Positions 52,004-62,085 are shown, counted from the first letter of the stretch. The stretch: DNA of 64,000 nucleotides from Chitinophagaceae bacterium (GCA_947488765.1 CANLAE010000009.1:26045-90044), one strand, 5' to 3'. Program-made: numbers and translations. The notes: a model not told the origin generated them from the sequence alone.

Positions 52004-53395
52004 TTATAAAATGATATCAATTTCATTTTCCCAATTGGCTCGTACACCCAATCTCTGTTTGATGGGATTTACTATTTCGGGTTGTTGTTTCTGCTTGTAA
52101 TTACCTGCATCCCAAATGCCATTATTATTTTTATCCAATAAAATTCTTAACTCGTATTCACCAGGATTTAATAGCTTTCTGGTTAATATTTTTTCAGAAA
52201 TTTTGATAGATTCTATTAGTTTATTGTCTTTTATAATTTGCAAAACAGGGTTTTTGGAAGTATCTATTTTATTGAAATTAATTTTAATGCTTCCGTAATC
52301 TTCTAGTTTTTTGGTGCTGAATTTTATAGTATCATTTTTTGGCAACATACTATTCGTAGTATCTGTCACTGCGTCTTTTTGAATCAGTAATTTGTATTGA
52401 GAATTTGGCTGCCATTTGTATATGATATTGATTTTGTTTTTGAGTGAATCTTTTATGATAGAATAATTGGTAATCCTTTTGTACGATGTGTCACAAAGCA
52501 TCATTTTTAAGCTATCGAAAATTTTTATTTTTTTATTAAATTCTAAACTAAAAGTATCGTTTAAAATATCTTGCTTTCCTGAAGCTAGATCAAGTTGATA
52601 ACGTAGTTTTTTATCACTGTCGTTGGTAGTTGTTGAAGCAGAAATAATTGGTTTTTTCTTTGCCTCCTGAAATGCATATAATGTAATGGGTGATGTGTTT
52701 TTATTGATGCTAATGATAGAATCGGTAAAGGCAAATAATTTGGTGCTGTCGTCATATTTTTTACTGTAGTCATTGGGTAATGCAAACAAAGCAAATTCTC
52801 CTTCGGGTAAATTTATAAAAGTAAAACTTCCATCTCCTTTCAGCTTTGCTATATAGCGTGGTTTAGTTTTATAAATAGCAGTGTCGTTTGTATTTCTGTG
52901 TAAAATTGCAATGAGTGTAGAATCGATTTTCCCGTCTTCAGCAAGAATAATTTTCCCTGATAATGTGTTGCTGTCAATACTGTTTCCTGTAGAAAATGTA
53001 TAAGTAAAATTTTTTGCTTCATTGCCTTCATTTATATCTCTGATACTTTTGCCAAAATTGATACTGTAAGTAGTATTAGCCTCTAAACTATCTTTCAATT
53101 TAATTGTTACATTTTTTAGTTTGTATTCTATTAAAGGATTGTTTTTTGGCAAGGGACTTACCACAATATTTTCAGTTATTTCCTTTACTTCAACATATTC
53201 ATCGAAGGTTAAAACAATTTTATTTATTGTTATGTTTTTTGATGAATCTCTTGGGATAGCTGTTATTAATCTTGGTGGAATCGTATCTCTTACACCACCA
53301 CTTGGCGGAATCATATTAGCACAACCTGTTTGACTCATTTCAATGAATGAAACGAAACAAAAGATGAAAAATGGATAAGAAAAAAGTCGTTTCAT
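52004..53395 (-). CDS. Ig-like (Big_5/SbsA-type) domain lipoprotein
   Basis: The track ORF starts at 53428; ATG at 53393-53395 (MKRLFSYPFF...SQTGC) gives a lipoprotein signal. The CANMIPPSGGVRDTIPPRLI start is the usual N-terminus of Bacteroidota Ig-like-domain lipoproteins. Function unknown. Confidence 0.6.
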   Translation of the reverse strand: MKRLFSYPFFIFCFVSFIEMSQTGCANMIPPSGGVRDTIPPRLITAIPRDSSKNITINKIVLTFDEYVEVKEITENIVVSPLPKNNPLIEYKLKNVTIKLKDSLEANTTYSINFGKSIRDINEGNEAKNFTYTFSTGNSIDSNTLSGKIILAEDGKIDSTLIAILHRNTNDTAIYKTKPRYIAKLKGDGSFTFINLPEGEFALFALPNDYSKKYDDSTKLFAFTDSIISINKNTSPITLYAFQEAKKKPIISASTTTNDSDKKLRYQLDLASGKQDILNDTFSLEFNKKIKIFDSLKMMLCDTSYKRITNYSIIKDSLKNKINIIYKWQPNSQYKLLIQKDAVTDTTNSMLPKNDTIKFSTKKLEDYGSIKINFNKIDTSKNPVLQIIKDNKLIESIKISEKILTRKLLNPGEYELRILLDKNNNGIWDAGNYKQKQQPEIVNPIKQRLGVRANWENEIDIIL

Positions 53396-53474
53396 AATCA
53401 GTAATAGTTGCGATGCATTGAGTTGCAAACATACTCTGTTTGCTTTTTTATTTTTCTTAAATAAATTTCAAATA

Positions 53475-56400
53475 CTAAATTTCTTCTTCTGCACCTTCAG
53501 ATAGAATTGATAAATTATTCGTTTTAACAAAATTGCACCATTTACAATCTTCCTCACCACAGCCTTTATAAAATTCTCTATTCTGAATTTTTTGCCAAGT
53601 AGTAGTAATTTGATTGGTTACGGTTTCAATATCTGCAGGAGAAATAACTATTTTTTCTTTTTGGTATTCTTTCTTTTTGTCTGGTTCAATAAAATCAAAT
53701 TCTGTACTCACTACTTTCCAATCTTTCGACTGATAATTATCTACTAAAATTTTATAAAACACAGCTTGTCTCCAATAGCTCCCACCATTGGGTTCTTTAT
53801 CATGAGGTGGTTTTAATTTGGATAAAGCATTTTCATAATTCCCCGATTTATAATCAACAACATTTACAGATTTACCATCAAATTCAAGTTTATCCAATTT
53901 GCCTTTTAATGGAACACCTTGTACCACTACATTTTTAATGCTTCGTTCTATGGCAACTATTTTATTAAAACTATTGCTGTATTTATCGTAATAATTTGCC
54001 AATACTTCATGTCCATACTCAATTCTTCTATTAAACTGTTCTTTTGTAAAACTTTCTCTGTTACGTTTCATGTAAAAATCAAAGTCTGCGATGAATACAG
54101 CTTTATCAGGGAATTGTTGCTGACTATTCTCTTGCATTTTTTGAAAGAGTTGTTCCAATGCATAATGCACTGCACTTCCAAATTCGGTAGATTCATTTTT
54201 ACCGCTTGGTACACGAATTAAATTGTTGTAGTAAAATTGTAAAGGGCAATTGAGGTAATTGTTTAATGCAGTAACATTCATGGTAAATTTATCCAACAAC
54301 GTATCTATAAAATCTGTTTCTGCTTTTGCAATTTCAGGCATAAGAGATTTGCTCAGGAGCAATATTTCAAAATCTGATGTAACTGTTGTTGGTAATATAA
54401 TAATATCTGTAGTTAGTTCATGTTCCTCTGCAATTTCTACAACAAATTTACTAGGTTCAAGTTCCTTTCCATTGTCTTGAAATTGAGCATAGCTTAGTTG
54501 TAAGTTTGTTTCTGCTCGGGTTAATGCAACATAAAATAATCTTCTCAATTCTTCTGCATCAGCAGTTTTTACATCAGCAGTTGTTGCTTCAAAAATGGTA
54601 TCAGGCAATCGATAACCATTGTTGGGATTTCTTTTCTTTTCCCAGCTTCCAGAATTACATCCTGCAAAAAATACATACTTAAATTCAAGTCCTTTGCTGC
54701 CATGTGCAGTTAATAAATTTACACCTTTTTCATTGCCACTAATTTGAGCCAATGGAAGTTTTATTGCTTCTTTTTGCATCAGTTCAATAATAGTTACAAT
54801 ATCTTGCAATTGCATTTGTGTATTTCTTCGAGATTCTTCTTTAATGAAATCAAATAAGCCTGTCAATACTTGCAAATGCCAGTGTTTTTCATTGCTGTTT
54901 AAAATATAATTCAATAATCCTGTTTTCTGAATAATCAATTCTACCAGGGATTGTAGTGTAACATTGGGAACATCAGAAATCAGCGATTCTAAAACAATAC
55001 TTGCATTTTTTGCGGCTTCATTATAGGGTTGTTGAAACAAATCTTTTTGTGGGGCATTACTTTTTTCAATTAATAATTTTCGAATCGATGTTTTATCTGC
55101 ACCAAATTGTTTGCTTGCAACTTCAACACTTAGTTTCGCAATTTCAATTGCCGGAATTCCCCACCAATCAAAATGTAAAATTTCAAACAACATTTCATCA
55201 CCGCCAAAAGGAATATCATGTTCTGCCGAAAGATATTTTAAAAGCAGAATTATTTTTTTAGCTAAAGGGATTTCAAAAATGTTGACACTTCGTTTGCTAT
55301 AAACAGGAATTTCTTTCAAATTAAAAAACCGTGTAAGCTCATCTCCGTATTTATTTTCTTTGTAAATCACTCCAATATTACCCGGCTGAATGCCACTATT
55401 GATAAGGGTTTCAACGGCAAGGGTAATACCAATCATTTCATGTTTTTGTGTTTGGTGTTGATGAATAGATAATGGTGTTTGAAACGTATTAATAGATGTG
55501 TTACTGGCAACTAAATTTTTACTTAATCCGTTTATTTTATTAACCAATCTTTCATTGTTTTTTTCAATGATGGTTTTAGAACTATCTAATATTTTTTGCG
55601 TGCTTCTGTAATTATTGGTTAAAACAATTTTCAATAAATCTTTATCATATTTCCGCACAAAGTGCTCCATATTTTCTACGTTAGCCCCTTGAAAACGGAA
55701 AATACTTTGATCATCATCACCCACCACAAAAACATTTGGAACATCCCAAAATGAAATTAATAATTCTACAATTTTATTTTGTGTTCCACTTGTGTCTTGA
55801 TATTCATCTACCAATATGTACTGGTATTGTTCCTGGTAACGACGTAATAAATTTTCATTTTGTTCAAATGCATTGATGACCCAATTTATCATATCATCAA
55901 AGTCGTACCTGTTAGACTTTTTCATCAATGTTTGAAAATTCTCAAACTCTAAAATTGCAGCTTTCAGTTTATCCATTGATTCTGCTTCAACTTTAATTTT
56001 ATCTGTACGTACATCTCCTTTTTTAAATGTACCAACAGCTTTCTTTGCAATGTATTCATCTCTGTTGGGAAGATCGTTGATATAGTTATCAATGCTTTGA
56101 AGAAGGTAGTCAACTGTCCAACCTTCTCTTTTCATATTACTAAAAAGTTTTTGCAAGTTGTTGATTTCAAAATACACATCACCTCTGTATCTTTTTAAAG
56201 GGTGGTTTTTGGGAAATGCATCAATGAGTTTTTTGAAAAGTTGCGTTCGTTCCAGTTCGCTGATTGGGTCAAGAATATTTTTTTCAAACAGACTTAAATT
56301 ATCTTGAATCACATCATTACAAAAACTATGGTAGGTATGTATTTGAACTCTGTAAGCATCGCTGCCAATCATTTTTTGTAATCGTTTACGCATGGCCAAT

Positions 56401-56624
56401 GCACCGGCATCGGTGTAGGTAAGGCATAAAATATTTTCGGGAGCAGCATCTGTTTCTAATAATATTTTACCAATTCTTGCAGATAATATTTGTGTCTTTC
56501 CAGTGCCCGGACCTGCTATTACCATTACCGGACCTTCAATTGTATCCACAGCTATTTTTTGTTGAGGATTTAATTGAGCATATATATCATTGAATTGTTG
56601 TTGTAATTTCTCTTGTAGATTCAT
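53475..56624 (-). CDS. UvrD/PcrA-type SF1 helicase fused to a C-terminal RecB-family PD-(D/E)XK nuclease with a Cys cluster
   Basis: 1049 aa. Walker A AGPGTGKT, DEYQDTS, helicase motifs, then a nuclease domain: first Cys in YLNCPLQFYY, catalytic D...VVDYKSG, QAVFY (QxxxY), and terminal CGEEDCKWC. Confidence 0.85.
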   Translation of the reverse strand: MNLQEKLQQQFNDIYAQLNPQQKIAVDTIEGPVMVIAGPGTGKTQILSARIGKILLETDAAPENILCLTYTDAGALAMRKRLQKMIGSDAYRVQIHTYHSFCNDVIQDNLSLFEKNILDPISELERTQLFKKLIDAFPKNHPLKRYRGDVYFEINNLQKLFSNMKREGWTVDYLLQSIDNYINDLPNRDEYIAKKAVGTFKKGDVRTDKIKVEAESMDKLKAAILEFENFQTLMKKSNRYDFDDMINWVINAFEQNENLLRRYQEQYQYILVDEYQDTSGTQNKIVELLISFWDVPNVFVVGDDDQSIFRFQGANVENMEHFVRKYDKDLLKIVLTNNYRSTQKILDSSKTIIEKNNERLVNKINGLSKNLVASNTSINTFQTPLSIHQHQTQKHEMIGITLAVETLINSGIQPGNIGVIYKENKYGDELTRFFNLKEIPVYSKRSVNIFEIPLAKKIILLLKYLSAEHDIPFGGDEMLFEILHFDWWGIPAIEIAKLSVEVASKQFGADKTSIRKLLIEKSNAPQKDLFQQPYNEAAKNASIVLESLISDVPNVTLQSLVELIIQKTGLLNYILNSNEKHWHLQVLTGLFDFIKEESRRNTQMQLQDIVTIIELMQKEAIKLPLAQISGNEKGVNLLTAHGSKGLEFKYVFFAGCNSGSWEKKRNPNNGYRLPDTIFEATTADVKTADAEELRRLFYVALTRAETNLQLSYAQFQDNGKELEPSKFVVEIAEEHELTTDIIILPTTVTSDFEILLLSKSLMPEIAKAETDFIDTLLDKFTMNVTALNNYLNCPLQFYYNNLIRVPSGKNESTEFGSAVHYALEQLFQKMQENSQQQFPDKAVFIADFDFYMKRNRESFTKEQFNRRIEYGHEVLANYYDKYSNSFNKIVAIERSIKNVVVQGVPLKGKLDKLEFDGKSVNVVDYKSGNYENALSKLKPPHDKEPNGGSYWRQAVFYKILVDNYQSKDWKVVSTEFDFIEPDKKKEYQKEKIVISPADIETVTNQITTTWQKIQNREFYKGCGEEDCKWCNFVKTNNLSILSEGAEEEI

Positions 56625-56785
56625 ATTATTTCACTGGCGGTTTTAATATCCAACATGGTAAATTTATGTATGAAAATTTACAAGTGATACAATTAAAACA
56701 CTTTCTTTTGGGTACTTTGATTGATTGGTTAATATTTTAATTTTTTTTAGTTCAACTTTTTATCTGCGATGTTGTTTAATATCTT

Positions 56786-57283
56786 ATGAGTAAAGTTTAT
56801 TCCATTAAGACGATACAAAAAATTCCAATTAGTTTAGATACAGCATGGGATTTTTTTAGTAAGCCAGATAATTTAAAAGAAATCACACCTGATAATTTAG
56901 GATTTAATATCATCAGCAAACACCATGGTACAAACATGTATCCTGGACAAATTATTGAGTACAAAGTTTCTCCTATTTTAGGTATACCGTTGTATTGGAT
57001 GACAGAGATAACACACGTTGAAGACAAAAAATATTTTGTAGACGAACAACGATATGGTCCATACAGCATGTGGCATCACCAACATCATTTCAAAACAATA
57101 GAAGGCGGCGTTGAAATGACAGATATTGTGCATTACAAATTACCCTTGTTTTTCTTAGGAGATATTGCAAATATTATTTTAGTTAAGAGCCAACTTCGTG
57201 GAATTTTCAACCATCGTTACAAAGCCGTTGATGAAAAATTTGGCAAATGGCAAGGTGCAATAAATGAAGTTGTTTTTGGTTAA
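56786..57283 (+). CDS. SRPBCC family protein
   Basis: 165 aa. FVDEQRYGPYSMWHHQHHF is a block I associate with the SRPBCC/START-like cyclase-dehydrase superfamily group. Confidence 0.65.
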   Translation: MSKVYSIKTIQKIPISLDTAWDFFSKPDNLKEITPDNLGFNIISKHHGTNMYPGQIIEYKVSPILGIPLYWMTEITHVEDKKYFVDEQRYGPYSMWHHQHHFKTIEGGVEMTDIVHYKLPLFFLGDIANIILVKSQLRGIFNHRYKAVDEKFGKWQGAINEVVFG

Positions 57284-57286
57284 TGA

Positions 57287-58759
57287 TTATTTCATTTCCA
57301 CCCATTTACTAATATTGTTGTTCCAATCAACCGTGCTTACAAATACACGTTTGTTTTGGTTAAACCATTTGAATGCATCTACGTTGTTGGTACCTCCTTG
57401 TAAAATGATTTGAACTAGTTTAGCATTGGCTAAAATTACTTCTTGCTTTTCATCAACCGTAAAAATTGCATAGCCTTTTATTTTTTCTTTTCCTTTGTAA
57501 GATATTCGGTTAATGCCATCATTCAAAGGTTCTAAATATGGTATTTCAGGAGCTATATTATCTATCCAATGCATTGGGTTGGGTAAAGCAGGATATGTAT
57601 AATAATTGTTCCGTAAACTATCGTTCCAACCGTTTGGATTTTTTTCAAAAGTCTTACTGCTGAAGTAGGCACTTCCTTGTGTGTTGGATAAAGATCTTAA
57701 TTTCTGAATTTGCATTGGCAATTCATTTTTGTCTTTCCAAGCTGTATTTGTGCCGGCTCTGTAAATTCCATGCCCAACGTACATATGTTTACCAAAAGTG
57801 TTGTTGTTCCACCATTCCAATAAGCCATCATAATCACATAATTTATGTCCACGTTCCCAGTACAATTGTGGCGTTACATAATCTATCCAGCCTTTTTCAA
57901 GCCACAATAAAATATCGGCATACAAATCGTCGTAATTCGTTTGTCCGCCTTTTGTATTACTACCCCTTGGGTCCTTGCTTTGATTTCTCCAAACACCAAA
58001 TGGGCTAATGCCAAATTTCACTCTTGGGTTAGCAGTTCGAATGGTTTGGTATAGTTGTAAAATAATAGAATCACAATTACTTCTTCTCCAATCATCTTTA
58101 TTTAAGCCATTGCCATACAATGTAAATGTTTTTTGATCGGGAAATTCTTTGCCATCAATTCTGTAAGGGTAAAAATAATCATCCATGTGAATGCCGTCTA
58201 CATCATATCTGTCAACGATATCTTTTACAATTCTTGTTACATGTGCCCTTACCTGCGGTAATCCTGGATTAAAGAACTTGCTAGTGCCATAATTTAAAAA
58301 CCAATCCGGATGAATTTTGGTAATGTGCGTTGGTGCTATAGAACTTTTACCAATATTAAAAACTGCACGATAAGGATTAATCCATGCATGAAATTCCATA
58401 CCACGTTTATGTGTTTCTTCAATCATGAATTGTAAAGGATCGTAATAAGGTGTGGGTGGCAAGCCTTGTTTGCCTGTTAAATATTCACTCCATGGTTCAT
58501 AAGCCGAAGGATAAAATGCATCACCTGCAGGACGAACCTGTACAAAAACAGTATTCATTCCATTGCGTTGGTGCATATCTAAAAGCTTGGTAAATTCTGA
58601 TTTTTGTATTTCAATACCTAAGCCTTTTTTACTGGGCCAATCGATATTTTCAACTGATGCTACCCAAACGGCTCTTACTTCAAATATGGGTTGTGCCTTA
58701 ATTTTTGATAGAAAAATGCTACAAAAAGCGAAGCAAATGGCAAAAAAAATCGTTTTCAT
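57287..58759 (-). CDS. Glycoside-hydrolase-like family 10 (GHL10 / YddW-DUF187) protein
   Basis: 490 aa with a signal peptide. The RAVWVASVENIDWPS opening and TIM-barrel-like HAWINPY and HMDDYFYP blocks are typical of this family. Confidence 0.7.
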   Translation of the reverse strand: MKTIFFAICFAFCSIFLSKIKAQPIFEVRAVWVASVENIDWPSKKGLGIEIQKSEFTKLLDMHQRNGMNTVFVQVRPAGDAFYPSAYEPWSEYLTGKQGLPPTPYYDPLQFMIEETHKRGMEFHAWINPYRAVFNIGKSSIAPTHITKIHPDWFLNYGTSKFFNPGLPQVRAHVTRIVKDIVDRYDVDGIHMDDYFYPYRIDGKEFPDQKTFTLYGNGLNKDDWRRSNCDSIILQLYQTIRTANPRVKFGISPFGVWRNQSKDPRGSNTKGGQTNYDDLYADILLWLEKGWIDYVTPQLYWERGHKLCDYDGLLEWWNNNTFGKHMYVGHGIYRAGTNTAWKDKNELPMQIQKLRSLSNTQGSAYFSSKTFEKNPNGWNDSLRNNYYTYPALPNPMHWIDNIAPEIPYLEPLNDGINRISYKGKEKIKGYAIFTVDEKQEVILANAKLVQIILQGGTNNVDAFKWFNQNKRVFVSTVDWNNNISKWVEMK

Positions 58760-58834
58760 ATATCGAAGATAATTTTTGCTGCACAGAGATTACAATTTGT
58801 GGATGAAATACTTATTATTTAATGTTTAATTCAC

Positions 58835-58865
58835 AAAAAAGCCATCTGCAATGCAGATGGCTTTT
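58835..58865 (-). terminator. Intrinsic terminator after the T9SS cargo gene (usable on both strands)
   Basis: GCCATCTGCA (58841-58850) pairs with TGCAGATGGC (58852-58861). It is flanked by A6 on the left (a T-run on the minus strand) and TTTT on the right. Confidence 0.7.
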
Positions 58866-58885
58866 GAAAAAGAAGTATAAAAAGC

Positions 58886-60217
58886 TTATTGCTTATTCAA
58901 TTTTTGAATATTAATAGTTGCACCACTTAAATCAGTAACCTTTATAACATAGTTACCAGCTCTTAATGTGCTAATATCAGATATATAACTTGTTTGTCCA
59001 CTATTTAATGTAGTTTGTTTTTGTTGCACTATTTTACCGGCAATATCTACAATTGTGATATTTACTTTAGTAGCAAGTTCAGCATTAAATACAATAGAAA
59101 CATTGTTTTTGGCAGGGTTAGGATAAACAGCACTTACAGAAACACCATTTAATTTACTGCCCTTCAATAGAACAATTTGGCTATAACTAAACTTGCCATC
59201 TTTGTCTACCTGCTTTAAGCGATAGTAATTATTGCTAATAATTGGTTTAAAATCAGTAAACTCATAGTTTAAAAGAGCATTACTGTTACCATTTACAGCT
59301 TTAGAATTTATAGTGGTTAATTCACTAAAATTAGTACCATCTAAACTTCTTTCTAGACTGAAAAACGCATTATTAAGCTCGGTAGTTGTACTCCATTGCA
59401 GAATATTCTTAACTCCGTCTTTTAAACCAGAGAAAGATACAAAAGTTACAGGTAATGGGCTATTCGATCTAACAGCAATATCATCTACTCCAATAATATT
59501 ACCATAAGCACTAACCCCTTCAATGCCTAATTGAATAGTTTGACCTGCATAAGTGGTTATATCAACTGCCCTTTGAGTCCAACCGGGTGTAGTAAAACTA
59601 GCATTTACTCTGCCAAACCCAGGCAAAAGTCTTGTCCAAGTCACTCCTTTATCTACAGAAACAACCGCATAAATGCTATCTAAGTCAGTAGAATAGGAAT
59701 TATCTTGGCTCATCCAAAATTTCATATCATACACATTGGATCCATCAGCAGGAGGCAATGCAAAACATCCTGCGAAAAGAACGACCCTATTTCCTAATGA
59801 ACTAGCACCTGAATAGCTGTCGAATATAAAATACTTAGTTCCCGCTTTAGGGTATAAGGAATCTGTTAAATCTGCATTTTTATATGCCCCAGTAGCACTA
59901 GTTGTGAAACTGCTGTTTAAACCCCAATGCGTTCTGGTACCATTAAGAACTTTAAGATATTCGAAAATTAATGTACTAGTTTCAGCACCTGTAATTACTG
60001 GGAAACTTGTTGTTGTAGTAGTTGTTGTTATTGTTGTTTTCAATGTGTCATTTAATGCAGAAGCATCTCCAGATAAACTGCTATAAACAGTAATATTATT
60101 CGTTCCTACATTATTTAAATTTACACCAGTAAAAGTAATTGTGGTAGAACCACCAGATGCAATACTTGATATATTTGAAACAGTTGAAGAAAAAGTATTT
60201 GCACCAGTTACAGCCAA
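58886..60217 (-). CDS. T9SS type A sorting domain protein, C-terminal fragment of a disrupted cargo gene
   Basis: The C-terminus VYPNPAKNNVSIVF...ITIVDIAGKIV...AGNYVIKV is a Por-secretion type A CTD. The track start is a TTG, but the frame is open upstream to 60376 with protein-like sequence (ANDAALTAFTSLPSPSCFNTNETISVILNNAGSNAI, a CARDB-like domain start). There is no ATG and no signal peptide. Confidence 0.7.
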   Translation of the reverse strand: MAVTGANTFSSTVSNISSIASGGSTTITFTGVNLNNVGTNNITVYSSLSGDASALNDTLKTTITTTTTTTSFPVITGAETSTLIFEYLKVLNGTRTHWGLNSSFTTSATGAYKNADLTDSLYPKAGTKYFIFDSYSGASSLGNRVVLFAGCFALPPADGSNVYDMKFWMSQDNSYSTDLDSIYAVVSVDKGVTWTRLLPGFGRVNASFTTPGWTQRAVDITTYAGQTIQLGIEGVSAYGNIIGVDDIAVRSNSPLPVTFVSFSGLKDGVKNILQWSTTTELNNAFFSLERSLDGTNFSELTTINSKAVNGNSNALLNYEFTDFKPIISNNYYRLKQVDKDGKFSYSQIVLLKGSKLNGVSVSAVYPNPAKNNVSIVFNAELATKVNITIVDIAGKIVQQKQTTLNSGQTSYISDISTLRAGNYVIKVTDLSGATINIQKLNKQ

Positions 60218-60360
60218 AGTAACAGGGGCAGCAGATGCAGCAATTGCATTGCTTCCAGCATTATTTAAGATAACCGAAATAGTTTCATTTGTATTAAAGC
60301 ATGATGGTGATGGTAGGCTTGTAAAAGCAGTTAAAGCTGCATCATTAGCAAATGCTCTAA

Positions 60361-60988
60361 CTAGTTTATAGCGGCTCTAAAAGTACTTGCCGATAGGCTT
60401 GAAGAAGATTCTACAGGTGGATTTATTGAATTATATCTTCTGCAACTAGGAGCTGTACTTGATACGCTATTTCCTAGGGAACAATCAAAACTCAGACCAG
60501 ATTGAATAGTACCGCTATTTCTTATAAGTAAAACCTGTAAATTACTACCAGCTGTTCTTTCGAAAGGTGTGGTTAAATCTATACCATTCCAAGAACCAGA
60601 TGCATTAACAATAAAATTTCCTGAATAAACTAAGGTGTATCCTGATAAAGAATATGTACCAGTGATGAAAGTAGTGGTGGTAGCTGCAACATTTTTCATG
60701 TAAATATTATAGCCGGTAATAGTTACCGGTAATGAGGCACTTGTATTTGTAGCATTATTTGAGAATTCAATTCTGGTAATTCCATTACCGGCACCAATAA
60801 AATTTGAAGCGCCTATTTCGCTATCTAAATAAATTGATTCTAAAGCGTGATGATTACTTTGACCAACAACTGCATTGATTGAAGAACTTGGATTTGCAGT
60901 TATTGAAACAGATTGCCCAAATACTGAGCTTACAAAAAACAATAAACAAATTGTTGTAAAAAGGTTAATGTGTAGTTTTTTTTATCAT
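60361..60988 (-). pseudogene. N-terminal fragment of the same cargo gene; ATG and signal peptide out of frame across a poly(A)8 tract
   Basis: The 193-aa ORF (60361-60942) has only a TTG start inside a hydrophobic stretch. ATG at 60986-60988 reads MIKKTTH then a stop. One extra A in the A8 run (60976-60983) would give MIKKNYTLTFFTTICLLFFVSSVFGQS..., a complete signal peptide. Confidence 0.6.
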
Positions 60989-61053
60989 AGCGGATTAAGT
61001 TTAGGGTTTGAAATTACACAAAAAACAATTTGAAACAAAAATTTTTATTTTTT

Positions 61054-62085
61054 TTAATCTTCCCAAACGCTCAATCCCTCACTGCAGTTAGAGCAGATGT
61101 CAATATTTTTTCTGCTGCTCATCAGTTCACGGCGAAATTGTTTGTAATTATCATTATTCCAGGTTGCTTTGAAGCTTTGGGTTTTTAAGTTGCCCAACTG
61201 GTGTGTAGCATCTTTATCAAAACAACAAGGAACTACCAATCCATCCCAGGTAATTACATTGGCATGCCACAATTTCCAGCAATGATTGCCTAAGCCGCTT
61301 TTTGAAATTGTTTTCCCGTCCTTGTCTTTTTTGTATCGGCTGTATTTTTTTATTGAAGGGATCAATTGATTGGGGTCGTTTTCAAAATCATACACTTGTG
61401 CAGTTTTGAATCTTACCTGATCTACCCCAATTTCTTTGCCTAGTTTTTTTATTTCCTCTATCTGATGTTGATTAGGTTTTACAACTAAGAATTGAAAAAA
61501 TACAAATGGTGTTTTGCTGTTCAATGCTTTTTTCCATTTTACAATATTCTTTGCGCCTTCAATTACTTTTTCCAGATTTCCACCTACACGGTAAGATTGA
61601 TAAACATCCTGTGAAGTACCATCAATACTTATAATCAATCGGTCTAAACCGCTTTCTACGGTTGCTTTTGCTTTGGCATCGGTGAGGTAATGTGCATTGG
61701 TACTTGTGGCGGTATAAATGCCTTTGTCGTGTGCATATTTTACCATGTTCAAAAAATCAGGATTCAAATAGGGTTCTCCTTGAAAATAAAAAATCAGGTA
61801 CAATAATTCTTTATAAATATCATCGATGGTTTGTTCAAAAAATGATTTTTCTAGCATGCCCGTTGGTCTTGTAAATTCTCTCAACCCACTCGGGCATTCA
61901 GGGCACCTTAAATTACAACTAGTTGTTGGTTCAAATGAAATAGAAATAGGATAACCCCATTGAACCGGCTTGCCAGATATTTTACTCATTTGATAACTTA
62001 ACCAAACGATACCTGCATTCCATGTGCGACGGAAAGTAAATTTTGAAATTAAATTAAGACTATCATTTAAATTGAAGTAAGGCAT
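61054..62085 (-). CDS. Radical SAM protein with C-terminal SPASM-like Cys-rich domain
   Basis: 343 aa. CNLRCPEC (CxxxCxxC) follows FEPTTS, and the C-terminal cysteines lie in NHCWKLW...VVPCCFD...CSNCSE. Confidence 0.85.
   Translation of the reverse strand: MPYFNLNDSLNLISKFTFRRTWNAGIVWLSYQMSKISGKPVQWGYPISISFEPTTSCNLRCPECPSGLREFTRPTGMLEKSFFEQTIDDIYKELLYLIFYFQGEPYLNPDFLNMVKYAHDKGIYTATSTNAHYLTDAKAKATVESGLDRLIISIDGTSQDVYQSYRVGGNLEKVIEGAKNIVKWKKALNSKTPFVFFQFLVVKPNQHQIEEIKKLGKEIGVDQVRFKTAQVYDFENDPNQLIPSIKKYSRYKKDKDGKTISKSGLGNHCWKLWHANVITWDGLVVPCCFDKDATHQLGNLKTQSFKATWNNDNYKQFRRELMSSRKNIDICSNCSEGLSVWED

Noticed and set aside
58795-58812. Near-DnaA-box TGTGGATGA in the intergenic region after the GHL10 gene
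   Set aside because: It is a single imperfect box with no cluster and no dnaA/dnaN context, so it is not an origin.
59990-60045. Poly-Thr tract (TTITTTTTTTSF) in the cargo gene, and a QQQQ tract in the ATPase (about 3121-3135)
   Set aside because: Low-complexity linkers are common in surface proteins. They are imperfect at the DNA level and not a distinct feature.
60364-60376. Possible programmed -1 frameshift at T ATA AAC (similar to the slippery U UUA AAC) joining the two cargo-gene fragments
   Set aside because: The heptamer is not a true X XXY YYZ site because AUA cannot re-pair as UAU. I saw no downstream stimulatory structure. The gene has a second, independent frame problem at its 5' end, so pseudogenisation or error is more parsimonious.
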